IMG/VR virus record: IMGVR_UViG_3300039191_000223
Coordinates: 38,700 to 102,699 of that record
Reading direction: 5' to 3' (one strand)
DNA from: a virus
DNA length: 64,000 bases
Shown here in pieces: positions 1-9,884 of this stretch (positions within the stretch are counted from its first letter, which is position 1; every line of letters begins with the position of its first letter). Made by a program: the position numbers and the translations under genes. The notes below the pieces were generated by a model that did no database searches, was not told where the DNA came from, and saw only the letters and a program-made list of their open reading frames with translations.

Positions 1-130
1 TCTGCATTTTTAATAACACTAAACATGTCACGAGGTACTGATACAATTTCTTCATCATTCCAGTACAATGAAAGTTCACCTTTGAAATTTTCTGATTCGT
101 TGATAGTGAACATGCAAGCTTCCTTCAAAT

Positions 131-218
131 TGGCAGTAGGGGAGGGATTCGAACCCTCGTGCCGTTTCCGACCATCACATTTCCAATGTGAGGCAATAGG
201 CCGCTCTGCCACCCTACT
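131..218 (-). tRNA. tRNA-Ser(GGA)
   Basis: Cloverleaf, loop TTGGAAA, long variable arm, encoded CCA. Confidence 0.93.
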
Positions 219-223
219 ATTGT

Positions 224-502
224 TTACGTATTATATGCTTCCATGTAATCTTCAATTGCGCATTTTACATCTTCGGCTACAGCGTTAATGACTTCCGCTT
301 CAGTGGAAATCATACGAAGACGTTCAAGCTCCACCGAACTCTCAAAACCAACTGCCTTAGATAGTTCTTGAGAAACGTCCGTACCATGAAGCATACTCAT
401 ATCATTATAATCTTTAGGACGAAATCCAACTGCTAATGGCGTGCCCTCATATACCACACATACAAATCCTTCGTGTTCAGAACTCTCAATTATCTCAATC
501 AT
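224..502 (-). CDS. hypothetical protein
   Basis: ORF between tRNAs; ATG at 502 preferred because the longer start overlaps a tRNA. Confidence 0.7.
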   Translation of the reverse strand: MIEIIESSEHEGFVCVVYEGTPLAVGFRPKDYNDMSMLHGTDVSQELSKAVGFESSVELERLRMISTEAEVINAVAEDVKCAIEDYMEAYNT

Positions 503-523
503 ATTTTTATGACATCCTATTGT

Positions 524-600
524 TGGTAGTGAGGGAGGGACTTGAACCCACAATCATTCGCTTATGAGGCGAACTGCTCGGCCAGTTTGCATTCCTCACC
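524..600 (-). tRNA. tRNA with CAT anticodon (elongator Met or Ile2)
   Basis: Stem TTCGC/GCGAA, loop CTCATAA, CCA. Confidence 0.88.
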
Positions 601-601
601 A

Positions 602-895
602 TTAAGGATTATAATTATATATGTTTGTTAGGTCAATGTCAACCATTTCATTCTCTTGAACAATCCAATTTTCATGAGAGGTATCAAGCGTTACTCGACC
701 CAAACTAAAAACAAAATGATTAGACGACTTAAAGTCTATCGTAAATTTGTTTGCTCTCATGCCAATTTTCGGCTTTCCAAAAATTGGCCCAGATGCACTA
801 TCTATGGGGATGGAGACCCTAAAATTCACATCATCATCAGGCATAGCTGCTGAGCTTAATACTAAAAATACAAAGGCAATGATTATCTTTATCAT
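602..895 (-). CDS. hypothetical exported protein
   Basis: N-terminal signal-peptide-like hydrophobic stretch; GGAGG RBS. Confidence 0.7.
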   Translation of the reverse strand: MIKIIIAFVFLVLSSAAMPDDDVNFRVSIPIDSASGPIFGKPKIGMRANKFTIDFKSSNHFVFSLGRVTLDTSHENWIVQENEMVDIDLTNIYNYNP

Positions 896-944
896 AAGCC
901 CTCCCCCATTGTGGTAATAGGAAGTACTATTAACCTAAGTATAT

Positions 945-1556
945 TTATACTTTCCACTGCTTACGGCGCTTCGAATGAGTCTTCCAACTTTTAATGCTTC
1001 GCTGGGCACTGTTGGACTTATCATCCCACGACGAGGGCAAGCTTCTTGCTGAGCGACTGCGGCGCACATACTGTGGACCAATGTCATGTTCATGTGCAGC
1101 GTTCTGACGAATCTCGTTCGTCGTTCTCACTGCACGGTAAACCCCACTCACCTTATAAGGCACTTCATACCAATCGTAAGGCTGGTGCCACCCGCTAACT
1201 CCATACCAAAATCTAGCCCACTCATAGTAGCCCCGCTTAATCTTATTGGGATTACCCTTTTTGTAGCGAACGTCGGGTGCCCTATCTCTACCACGACGGT
1301 GAGGTGCATATGGTTCACGGAATTCTTTCAGGAACGCATTAAAGTCACACAATTCGCCATACTGATTATAGATGATGAATCGCGGTTGAGGCTCATCATA
1401 GATGCTCTTTGCGTATGGGATATTCCAGTAGTCCTTACGATAGGTATCGTGAAGAACTTTACGGTCATCAGTTTCAAAGACAAAGGTCTTCTTCCAGTCA
1501 TCCCAAACGCGGTATACCACGCGATATGGCTTGATCTGATAGGTTTTCGGCTTCAT
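945..1556 (-). CDS. hypothetical basic protein
   Basis: 203 aa, GAGGA RBS, Arg/Trp-rich C-terminus LPSSWDD...SWK...RRKQWK. Confidence 0.75.
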   Translation of the reverse strand: MKPKTYQIKPYRVVYRVWDDWKKTFVFETDDRKVLHDTYRKDYWNIPYAKSIYDEPQPRFIIYNQYGELCDFNAFLKEFREPYAPHRRGRDRAPDVRYKKGNPNKIKRGYYEWARFWYGVSGWHQPYDWYEVPYKVSGVYRAVRTTNEIRQNAAHEHDIGPQYVRRSRSARSLPSSWDDKSNSAQRSIKSWKTHSKRRKQWKV

Positions 1557-1614
1557 GTTTAATCCTCATAGTTAAATTCGATTAAACATAGCTGCCCCCC
1601 TTTACATACTATAT

Positions 1615-2211
1615 TTATGTCTCTTTTGAATATCCAAACTTCTCGAAATCTTCCCCAGCCCAAATATTTGCATGGTGTATGATTTCGTCAGTTTTCAACT
1701 CGTCCCAATTGGCATGTGGGCGGTGGAGGACTCTTGGAATTTCAACTTCTCGATCTACGAACGAAAGCGCATTAAATTCTTCATTTATATTTTCAAGATG
1801 CAATGGTAGCACGTTTGGTGGAAGTCGTCTATACCATCTATACTGGGGCATCATAAGAATGGGAAGCCTTAATGCTGGTAGAGTTTCTATGTTGTGTGTA
1901 TTTTCTGCTGCGAATTTACAGAACGTACCAAAATCATCCTTCTTTATAACACGGAGCCAAGTATCGCGATATGCGTGCTTGTCGTTCTTAGAAAACAACA
2001 GAGAATTCCATAATGCCACAAGCCGCTCATAAGGATTCCTACAGGTAGAAAATACCGTGTAACCATCAACGGCTTTCGGAAGTTCAGTTCTATGAAATTG
2101 AGGCCCTAATCTCTCACCATCAAACTCTTCAGTTAGCAGCTTAAAAAAAGAATGCGATCCAGTCTTCGGGGTTGAAATAAAGACGTACTTATTTTTTCTA
2201 GATAGTATCAC
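1615..2211 (-). CDS. sulfotransferase family protein
   Basis: FISTPKTGS (5'-PSB) and RNPYERLVA (3'-PB) motifs. Confidence 0.85.
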   Translation of the reverse strand: MILSRKNKYVFISTPKTGSHSFFKLLTEEFDGERLGPQFHRTELPKAVDGYTVFSTCRNPYERLVALWNSLLFSKNDKHAYRDTWLRVIKKDDFGTFCKFAAENTHNIETLPALRLPILMMPQYRWYRRLPPNVLPLHLENINEEFNALSFVDREVEIPRVLHRPHANWDELKTDEIIHHANIWAGEDFEKFGYSKET

Positions 2212-2858
2212 TACCCATAATCCCTGTATAAGTCATAAGCTGGTTCGTGGATAAGTAAAATAGAGTTAGCATGCACCATAACTTCGTGTTGAGAAGCATG
2301 GGCTTCTTTAATACCCTGATCGATGACTAGACCTTTACAAAATTCCTCTCGATCAAAATCGTTATCGGTTTCTTTTTCTACGGCAACCATATCGCGATAT
2401 TTTTTATGCCACGTATAATGGTACTCTCCCATGGGTAGCGCCACATAAATGATACCATACCCACGAGCTTGAAGTCTATTTGAAGTAACAAATGCTGAAT
2501 TGTGCCTATTCGCTACAGCCTTACCATTGGAGCAATCATTGATATTTTTGATTAGAAACTGATGTAGCCTTTCATCACTTGGTTCATTACGTGACATATT
2601 GACACGTTGTGATACGACCGCATCTTTAGATGCCTGCTCCTTGGTCATACTGCCTATACCCCGATAGAACATTTCCTGCTTACCACCAATTTCATGTAGC
2701 CACGAACCACTGTATTTTTCAACAAGTTGAGCAATTTTTTTAGGGTAAGAACCATCTACATTATGATTATCCATCAAATCAAATGAAGTTACGTGGGGGG
2801 TCTCAAGTGGTTTCAGATAACTAAGTAAGACATTGCCTTTAAAATCTTCTAATAGCAT
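2211..2858 (-). CDS. hypothetical protein, possibly virion internal
   Basis: 215 aa, coupled to neighbours, MLLE N-terminus. Confidence 0.7.
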   Translation of the reverse strand: MLLEDFKGNVLLSYLKPLETPHVTSFDLMDNHNVDGSYPKKIAQLVEKYSGSWLHEIGGKQEMFYRGIGSMTKEQASKDAVVSQRVNMSRNEPSDERLHQFLIKNINDCSNGKAVANRHNSAFVTSNRLQARGYGIIYVALPMGEYHYTWHKKYRDMVAVEKETDNDFDREEFCKGLVIDQGIKEAHASQHEVMVHANSILLIHEPAYDLYRDYG

Positions 2859-2859
2859 A

Positions 2860-3717
2860 TTACATCACCAATATATGTTGTTGGGCTTCAAAAAGCAGTT
2901 CTTGGAAATAATGATTCAAGGTATTTTCAAAACTACCCAAGTCTTTCAATTCTTCATACGCCTCTTTATCGCGGACGGATACATCTCCGAAATTGCCAGC
3001 TTTAAATCTCTCGGGAAGATCATTCATTGTAACCTTACCTGTTATCAAATACTGCGCAAACAACTCATTGTATAGTTCAAAGTATTCTCGCATGTTGTTA
3101 TCGCGAGCAGACTTGAACGTTCCAAGATTATGCGCCAAGTGCTTAAACAACAATTGGTCTCGACGGGCATATGGACCGAACTTACCCTTTGCATTAAAGC
3201 CCTTAATACCGTATACGTCTTGGAAGAATGTATTGAATTCATTGCCGATGTAATCGACAACTTCTTGATATGATCTGAATTGACGCCCACCACCATGCGT
3301 CATGCTGAATCGAGAAAGGGCATGGCCTATTCGATGTGCCATGATCCATGGGGTCATATTGATTCGTTCTGCGCCACTATTATTAGTGAAGATGACATTT
3401 ATTTCATCTTCGTCGCCAAAGTTAGGTTCAACCTTGTCAGCTACTTCGTCTCCAAGATTTTCACGAACCCAATCTAAATCAACGGCACCTACCTCAGTAT
3501 GATTTCTACCTTTGGGGGTGTTTACAAAATACAGATTGATATCGAATTCGGTCTTACCGAATTTCTTGGCAACAATTTCTTTAAACTTAGGATTGGTGAT
3601 CATCTTCCGATCACGGGGGTCTCTGAAAGATGATCCTTTTGAGAAATCTCCAATAGGTTCGAAGTCCTTCAGAGGAACTTCTGATATCACACTTTCAAGA
3701 ATAGATGTTATTTTCAC
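2860..3717 (-). CDS. hypothetical protein, possibly virion internal
   Basis: 285 aa; TATAAATA upstream, GGAG RBS, MKITSILE N-terminus. Confidence 0.75.
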   Translation of the reverse strand: MKITSILESVISEVPLKDFEPIGDFSKGSSFRDPRDRKMITNPKFKEIVAKKFGKTEFDINLYFVNTPKGRNHTEVGAVDLDWVRENLGDEVADKVEPNFGDEDEINVIFTNNSGAERINMTPWIMAHRIGHALSRFSMTHGGGRQFRSYQEVVDYIGNEFNTFFQDVYGIKGFNAKGKFGPYARRDQLLFKHLAHNLGTFKSARDNNMREYFELYNELFAQYLITGKVTMNDLPERFKAGNFGDVSVRDKEAYEELKDLGSFENTLNHYFQELLFEAQQHILVM

Positions 3718-3740
3718 AATAATGTTCTCCAGTTTGAAAG

Positions 3741-3748
3741 TATTTATA
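3741..3748 (-). promoter_or_regulatory. T4-type late promoter TATAAATA
   Basis: Exact consensus about 25 nt upstream of the start at 3717; similar ATAAATA motifs precede starts at 895, 13622, 21742, 24198, 43148, 50537, 52306, 55311. Confidence 0.7.
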
Positions 3749-3753
3749 AGAGT

Positions 3754-3830
3754 TGGTGGGTGTAGCAGGGTTTGAACCTGCGAACCTCCACGATGTCAAC
3801 GTGGCGCTCTCCCAACTGAGCTATACACCC
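3754..3830 (-). tRNA. tRNA-Val(GAC)
   Basis: Cloverleaf, loop TTGACAT, CCA. Confidence 0.95.
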
Positions 3831-3842
3831 ATGGAAAGCGGC

Positions 3843-4385
3843 TTACGCCGCTTCCTTGGTTACTTCTTCGTTCGTCAGCAATAACATACGCGATGCGTAT
3901 AAATGGAGCGACGCTAGCGTTTCAATTGTAATACCAAAAGGTTCTATGAATTTTGATAACTTCATGCGATCCCTATTGATAAACCATAACTGGTGTTCAT
4001 TGACTTGCTTATTGCTAGTATCATGATCTACCAAAAACTTGGCTTCATTAATTCTCAAATACAACTTTTCCTTCGCACTCGTAAAGCCGTCCTTACGATT
4101 AGTGGGTGACGGTTTAAATGTCACAGACAAATCTTTACCAGCCAAGAGACAGAAGAGCAACTGCTGACTTGCGTCTAAGTGGCAGGTCTTTGCGGTGTGC
4201 TTCTGGGGGCGCATAGCCTTGTCGATAGGACACCATGTTCTAATCTCAGTCTCTTCGTAAGTTGGCCTGTGCTTACCACTGTTGATGTAGTCTGCCCAAG
4301 CTTTGCGAAATGCCTCCACCAAAACCCAAAATAGCACCAAAAAACTCACCCATAGTAATTCTCCTTTGTCAGTTGCTAAGAGCAT
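3843..4385 (-). CDS. hypothetical protein (start uncertain)
   Basis: 180 aa ORF; an AGGAG inside the 5' part suggests a later true start. Confidence 0.55.
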   Translation of the reverse strand: MLLATDKGELLWVSFLVLFWVLVEAFRKAWADYINSGKHRPTYEETEIRTWCPIDKAMRPQKHTAKTCHLDASQQLLFCLLAGKDLSVTFKPSPTNRKDGFTSAKEKLYLRINEAKFLVDHDTSNKQVNEHQLWFINRDRMKLSKFIEPFGITIETLASLHLYASRMLLLTNEEVTKEAA

Positions 4386-4530
4386 AGTAGCATACCATAA
4401 TGTATAAGTCTAGAGAGAATGAAAGATAAAATCATGAATATGGTCATAGAGCCAACTGCTAGTACGAAATGCCCCAGTTTAGTGGGAGTGTAATCGTCTT
4501 CATTAAAAACAGCTTAGTTGTTTTCATTGT

Positions 4531-4605
4531 TGGTGCTCCTACACAGACTTGAACTGAGAATGTGACCTTACCAAGGTCGTGTTTTACCCGTTAAACTATA
4601 GGAGC
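4531..4605 (-). tRNA. tRNA-Thr(GGT)
   Basis: Loop TTGGTAA, CCA. Confidence 0.9.
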
Positions 4606-4618
4606 AGACTAATGGCAT

Positions 4619-4921
4619 TTAGCCGCCGTGACTAAACACATCATCTGGGTATGTTCGTCCATGGTAATAGTTGACCGGTATATCGAACTCTACCGTATTT
4701 TCACTACCATCTCTAGAGACTACTTCAAAAGAAAAGCGTTCATTGACGAAATCAATACCTGTAAAGGTATGACTGTCTAGTCTACCAACTGACACCATAC
4801 TGTCAAGCTTAGATTTGACCTGTTTTACAAATTGTTTTTGCGTATCAGGATCATGGAGCGCTTCAGCATATGTACTCCGCAGATGCTTAATGTAACGTTG
4901 GTACTCTTCTTCTGGACTCAT
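4619..4921 (-). CDS. hypothetical protein
   Basis: 100 aa ORF on the coding strand. Confidence 0.65.
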   Translation of the reverse strand: MSPEEEYQRYIKHLRSTYAEALHDPDTQKQFVKQVKSKLDSMVSVGRLDSHTFTGIDFVNERFSFEVVSRDGSENTVEFDIPVNYYHGRTYPDDVFSHGG

Positions 4922-5044
4922 ATTAAACCTTACATTTTTATTTTTTTAGGCTTTGAGATTTGAAAAGTGCTAGGCCCTGAACAAGTTTCGTATTGTTCTT
5001 CTGTTCCACCAAACATATTTATTGCTTCCACAATAAAATAACCA

Positions 5045-5248
5045 TCATCCGTTTTTGCCCATCATTAACCAAAAATCTTCGCCTTCTCTAAACTTAACAG
5101 CATAATCAGTCTGGACTGATTCTGCCATTGCGTAATCGTAGATAGTACCATCATTCACAAGCCCTTGTAGGATCATGAGTCCTTTTTCTACTTCCTCAAA
5201 TATAATTGCGTCTCTCACTGCGTCAAATTTTTCAGGTATTATTTTCAT
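5045..5248 (-). CDS. hypothetical protein
   Basis: ATGA overlap with the upstream gene. Confidence 0.6.
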   Translation of the reverse strand: MKIIPEKFDAVRDAIIFEEVEKGLMILQGLVNDGTIYDYAMAESVQTDYAVKFREGEDFWLMMGKNG

Positions 5249-5922
5249 AATAGATTCATTCCACCTTTCATTATTTTTGTTGCTTTCGCAGTCTTACCTG
5301 TTTGATGGTCAATTACTTGATCATCCTGAAAGCGATATGTTCTTATTTTGTCACCACGCATACCAGAGCCCCGTTGTTCCCTAGTTATTTGTGATGTTTG
5401 TTTAGACTGGTCATTATATAACATTTCGCTAATCTGTGTCAATAGACTTTGCTTGGCCTCAGCATAATTGTTTTTACGGTTCCTACCTTGACGAGCTTCA
5501 CAAAGTCCAGTGGGCGTGTGGGTGAGGCGACAAGAGTTCTGCTTTTTATTTCTATGTTGCCCACCTTTACCGGTTCCTGAAAACCACTCAACGTGGAAGT
5601 CTTTATCATCGAGGGATAGATAAGCATCGTTTACTGATAACTGATTGGGGTCAACAACGGATACTGTAACCGTAGAAGTGTGGACTCTACCACGTTTCTC
5701 AGTTGGAGGGATTCGTTGTATTCTGTGCCCACCGGCTTCATTATCAAGGCCACGTAGGTCTTTACCAGTGATGTCGAGTTGTGTAAAGCTTGGATGAACT
5801 TTAACGTCACACTTTCAACCGTAGGTAGTTGATAGGCGGGAGTATGCTTCAGCTAGATCGTTGACAAATAGTTTGGAATCGTTACCACCCTCTGCCGGGT
5901 GAATTTCTAGAATGCGTTTCAT
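5245..5922 (-). CDS. class I peptide chain release factor, RF1-like, lacking domain 1, with in-frame TGA at codon 36
   Basis: One frame: MKRILEIHPAEGGNDSKLF...TTYG*KCDV...EAGGHRIQRIPPTEKRGRVHTSTVTV...GKGGQHRNK...KIRTYRFQDDQV; AGGA RBS; TGA at 5815-5817; missed by the ORF track. Confidence 0.9.
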
Positions 5923-6246
5923 TTTACTTTCCTCTAGTATTAATGTTATTTATCCCATTGCCACGGTTTGCCGGGTTTACATAAAATAATATAATCACAT
6001 ACCTTAGTTATTTCGTTGAAGTAATAGTATGCAGGGTCGTATACCCAGCCCCCACGACTTACTGTTATGTGTGGTACCTCTTTGCTACTCCATGTGCCGT
6101 GTTCATATTTCCCGAGCCACCATTTAAGACTGCTTCGAGGGCATTCCAACAATACCAAACTATAAAACACAATATAAAGATTAGAAAATCCATGGTGTTC
6201 TCCGATTAAAACGGATGCCTAGTCTACAAATTTGTATACATAGTGT

Positions 6247-6576
6247 ATGACATATCATATCACACAGAAAGAACTCAAGCAACTACTAAATCAGCTTAAA
6301 GAAAGTGCTAAAAAAAGAAATATAGAGTTCAATCTCACAACTGCGGATATAGACGAAATAGGAATCCCTATTACTTGTCCAGTGTTGGGGTTTCCTCTGA
6401 AGTTTCATCGAGGTCATCCACAGCACGATTCAATAAGCTTTGACAGACTGGATTCGTCACAAGGATATACGAAGGATAACCTTGTGATTGTATCGTTTCG
6501 TGCAAATCAGCTAAAATCAAATGCAACTCTAAGTGAAATGAAGTCATTGGTATCCTTTTACGAAAGTATATTATGA
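6247..6576 (+). CDS. HNH-like endonuclease
   Basis: AKKRNIEFNLT...CPVLG...SFDRLDSSQGYTKDN...RANQLKS pattern. Confidence 0.75.
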   Translation: MTYHITQKELKQLLNQLKESAKKRNIEFNLTTADIDEIGIPITCPVLGFPLKFHRGHPQHDSISFDRLDSSQGYTKDNLVIVSFRANQLKSNATLSEMKSLVSFYESIL

Positions 6577-6577
6577 A

Positions 6578-6841
6578 TTACTGGCGTAGAACCGTAACTT
6601 TGCGCTTTGAATATACACAGGATTCAACAGGATACCGATACCTCATGTCAGCAGCATAATCAAATGCTCGCCATACATTTTGATGCTCCCGAACAAAATC
6701 AAAGTCTCGGTCAACAACCACCGTTGGTTCTGCCCCAAAATAGCAAGTCAAATGGTATACAGTAGAGATTTTGTTACCTTCAGAACATCCGTTTAGCAAT
6801 ATACCAAACAGAATAATGATGATGGCTGTGATTGTTTTCAT
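6578..6841 (-). CDS. putative lipoprotein
   Basis: Signal peptide with LNGC lipobox. Confidence 0.65.
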   Translation of the reverse strand: MKTITAIIIILFGILLNGCSEGNKISTVYHLTCYFGAEPTVVVDRDFDFVREHQNVWRAFDYAADMRYRYPVESCVYSKRKVTVLRQ

Positions 6842-6877
6842 TTTTAAATTACCTAGTTAGTTTTTGTACAGCAAATG

Positions 6878-8065
6878 CTACTGGTACTCAGTAGCATCGC
6901 CCTTACGAGTCAAGTATGCAGCACTGACACTCTTGAGAATCACACGACCAATCTCATTGTCTCGACGCTCAATCGCGGTTCTGATCACAATACCCTCACG
7001 GATATGCGCCTCTTTTCCTGACAGCGTTTCCTTACCATCGGTGTATTCCTGCATCACCTCTACCGAAAACGGACCACTGTAAAGAACAGGCATGTACTCA
7101 ACCGCATAGCCACCGTATTTAATCTCGTCACCAATGCCATCGTCCGATTCATGGAGTCTATTCTCAAACCATTCTAGGGCATCAAGTACTTCATCGGAGT
7201 TAAGGTAACGGCCCGTCTCACCATTGCCATTAGGATTGCCCACGTAAATGTCAAACACCCTAAACACCGGTTCCGTAGAGCCATAGTGCAAATCCTGCAC
7301 ACCTTTACCGAAAATCTCACCAAGAACAAAGATGCTATCGGTATCCAGTAGGTGAGTAAGCTCATCGACAAGAGCTTGACCAACGTCATTGAACATCTTC
7401 ACATACAGGTTGGAAGCATTCATCGGGTTAAGCTTAAATGCTAGACCCTGCTTGCCAAGACCTTTCGAGTTCACAATGTAAGTCTGGTCATAGATGCCCA
7501 TGGACACAAAGGTCCCGTGCGCCTTCTCCGTGAAGATAACTTCCTCCCCATCCTGAATCACATCCGGGTTGTTTTTCCAATTCTCAATATCGAATCGGAG
7601 AGTCTTGCCACTAGCATTCCAAACCTGCCCTGCCATATGCACCGGAATCGGCGGCTCGTACTTTACGATGCGAAGGTAGTGAGTTACAACAGCACCTTCA
7701 GGCACATAAAGATCAGTAGGACCCTCATCAGGATCGATGAAATGCATGTCATACCATTCGGAGCCATCAGTCGTCTCGCACTTCTTCAAGGGGTAAATCA
7801 GACCTTGAGACAGCACACCGCGAAGCTTGATAGCCTTCACACGGTCACTGTTTTTACCAGCAAGCCTACCTTCCAGCCCAAGCTCTTTAACAAGCCACTG
7901 GGGCAACACAGCCTGTTCAGGAATATAAACGGCAAGGTCGCCCGTCTGGAACTGTCCCTTACGCACGATAGAACGATATCCACCAACGACAGCGAGTTCG
8001 AGAGCATCAGCATTCGGATGCTCTTCGATGGTTAGTCTAACTACTTTGACGTTAAATTCTGACAT
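6878..8065 (-). CDS. RNA ligase, DRB0094 family
   Basis: N-terminal HPNADALE OB-like module, KLRGVLSQGL, EKAHGT, GEIFG, REGIVI, ILKSVS. Confidence 0.9.
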   Translation of the reverse strand: MSEFNVKVVRLTIEEHPNADALELAVVGGYRSIVRKGQFQTGDLAVYIPEQAVLPQWLVKELGLEGRLAGKNSDRVKAIKLRGVLSQGLIYPLKKCETTDGSEWYDMHFIDPDEGPTDLYVPEGAVVTHYLRIVKYEPPIPVHMAGQVWNASGKTLRFDIENWKNNPDVIQDGEEVIFTEKAHGTFVSMGIYDQTYIVNSKGLGKQGLAFKLNPMNASNLYVKMFNDVGQALVDELTHLLDTDSIFVLGEIFGKGVQDLHYGSTEPVFRVFDIYVGNPNGNGETGRYLNSDEVLDALEWFENRLHESDDGIGDEIKYGGYAVEYMPVLYSGPFSVEVMQEYTDGKETLSGKEAHIREGIVIRTAIERRDNEIGRVILKSVSAAYLTRKGDATEYQ

Positions 8066-8116
8066 TGGTTAATCTCCTTCAATTTCGAGTGAGCTTACCG
8101 TGGCAGAAGCAAGCTG

Positions 8117-8752
8117 TCAAGCATTAATGGTGTCAAGAACTTCCAATACATCACTAAGGGCTTCTGTCTCATCACCATGCATAAACCGATTAAAATAAAG
8201 ATTATCCTCTAGCGTTCGTCCTTGCAAATATTGGTCAACCCAGCCACTTTCAACTTCAATAATGGTAGTCATGCGGCCTGCGTATTCTGTCATAAGATCA
8301 CAGTAATCATCCATGTCACCGTTACCCAAGAGCCGACGATAGTCTTCAGTGAACCTTTCAAGGAAACGCTGAGCCTGCAATTCGGTAGGGCAATCGATGA
8401 ACATATTGACGACCGTCCACCCCTTTTCCGTGGCATTGCGATTTATTTGAAACATACCATTAGGATCAACTACAATCACTGGCACCAAACCACTATCAAA
8501 CTTATCTTCAAATTCAGCGACACTGCCACCATACGAGTTTCCATTGAATGTAACCGTCTCCAACATTTCAATTTCGTCAAACTCGTTGGGAGTCACAAAA
8601 TGGTAGTTCTCCCCGTCAACTTCCCCTACACGCTTTATTCGAGTTGTGGTCGAGACAATTTCAGTAAACTTACCAGTGTCTACCATCAATTTGGTTAAGG
8701 TAGATTTTCCTGAACACGTTGGGCCGGTAATCGTAAAAATTATCTTATTCAT
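8117..8752 (-). CDS. gmk: guanylate kinase-like protein
   Basis: GPTCSGKS P-loop; STTTR...GEVDGENYHFV. Confidence 0.85.
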   Translation of the reverse strand: MNKIIFTITGPTCSGKSTLTKLMVDTGKFTEIVSTTTRIKRVGEVDGENYHFVTPNEFDEIEMLETVTFNGNSYGGSVAEFEDKFDSGLVPVIVVDPNGMFQINRNATEKGWTVVNMFIDCPTELQAQRFLERFTEDYRRLLGNGDMDDYCDLMTEYAGRMTTIIEVESGWVDQYLQGRTLEDNLYFNRFMHGDETEALSDVLEVLDTINA

Positions 8753-8778
8753 ATTATCTCCTTCCGTTTTATATTAGC

Positions 8779-9444
8779 TCAATTTCGTTGAAGGCGCAAC
8801 ATATTTCGCTCGCCCCCAGACCACATCCAATGCTGGTCAGTCTGTACATGGCCTTTACGCACAAACTTAGCTATACTTTGTTGGAAGTCCTTAAGTTGAA
8901 AGCTTCCAGCTGGACGAATAACGTAGCCCTCAACAGTCTTTTGCATATCATCAGTATACAAAGCCTTGATCGCTTCCTCATCATACACGCCACGATAAAG
9001 AACCGGCACATGATCCATATGATACTGCTCACCTGTTTTGATATGCCACTGTGTATTATTGCAGCGCTCAACGGTATCATCCCACGACAATGCAGTGTCA
9101 CCTTCCCACCACGAAAAGGCAAGAAAATAAGATGGTAATTGCGTGTAGATAATAGAATGCACAGCGAACATATTTTCACCACAGATTCGTTCATCATCTT
9201 TCAGTTTGAAGGAGACAGAACCCCACAGGTTTTTGACCCATTCACGAGACCAGTGGTATCCACTATTGACAGATCGAGCATGGATATGATCCCGATACAT
9301 GGTGGTGCACTCCCCATCCATTTTCTCGGTAACAACAACTTCCATGCCCGCAAAGGCTGTAGTCGTATCGAGAATGATATCGTCTTCATCTGCACCCGGA
9401 GACCAAGGCAAATGTGGGGTGCGGGGATATTTAACATACGTCAT
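8779..9444 (-). CDS. RNA ligase family protein
   Basis: KYPRTPHLPWS, TEKMDG, CGEN, EGYVIR, AKFVR motifs. Confidence 0.88.
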   Translation of the reverse strand: MTYVKYPRTPHLPWSPGADEDDIILDTTTAFAGMEVVVTEKMDGECTTMYRDHIHARSVNSGYHWSREWVKNLWGSVSFKLKDDERICGENMFAVHSIIYTQLPSYFLAFSWWEGDTALSWDDTVERCNNTQWHIKTGEQYHMDHVPVLYRGVYDEEAIKALYTDDMQKTVEGYVIRPAGSFQLKDFQQSIAKFVRKGHVQTDQHWMWSGGERNMLRLQRN

Positions 9445-9758
9445 AGCTTAGCTTGCTCCAAGCGAATGCCTTTCAATTTACCTTCCAAGAAAAGATTACG
9501 AATGGCTTTACGGGTTTCAAGATTAACATCCACCCCATCAGCGGACAACCATTCGATTAGCTCATCCGGCGTTCTAGGGTATTTAACATCAGAAGTTTCA
9601 TCGTCATCAATGATGGTTGGTTTCGATGGTACAGCGTTTACAGTGACGATGCCACTGTCGCCCCTATTCTTGAAGTATCTATAGATTACCCAAATAGGTG
9701 CAATAACTACAGATGCTGCTCCAAGAAGCATTCCCAACACAAGAATAATTTCCAACAT
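9441..9758 (-). CDS. hypothetical membrane-anchored protein
   Basis: N-terminal TM segment; AGGAG RBS. Confidence 0.7.
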   Translation of the reverse strand: MLEIILVLGMLLGAASVVIAPIWVIYRYFKNRGDSGIVTVNAVPSKPTIIDDDETSDVKYPRTPDELIEWLSADGVDVNLETRKAIRNLFLEGKLKGIRLEQAKL

Positions 9759-9815
9759 TTTTTCTCCTAAATGACCAAAGCCTTGAAGGATACTTTACCC
9801 TTCAAGGCTTTGGAC

Positions 9816-9843
9816 ATTCTACCAATTTTATAGAGTTTGTCAA
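9816..9843 (-). promoter_or_regulatory. sigma70-type promoter
   Basis: TTGACA-16 nt-TAGAAT upstream of the ligase/kinase operon. Confidence 0.55.
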
Positions 9844-9851
9844 CCCCCTAA

Positions 9852-9883
9852 AAAGAAAAGCCCTCTTCGGAGGGCTTTTCTTT
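9852..9883. terminator. intrinsic terminator, bidirectional form
   Basis: AAAGAAAAGCCCTC-TTCG-GAGGGCTTTTCTTT. Confidence 0.85.
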
Positions 9884-9884
9884 A

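Noticed and set aside
5815-5817. Selenocysteine at the in-frame UGA codons
   Set aside because: No tRNA-Sec or sel genes in the window, no clear SECIS seen, and the positions are not evident catalytic Cys sites
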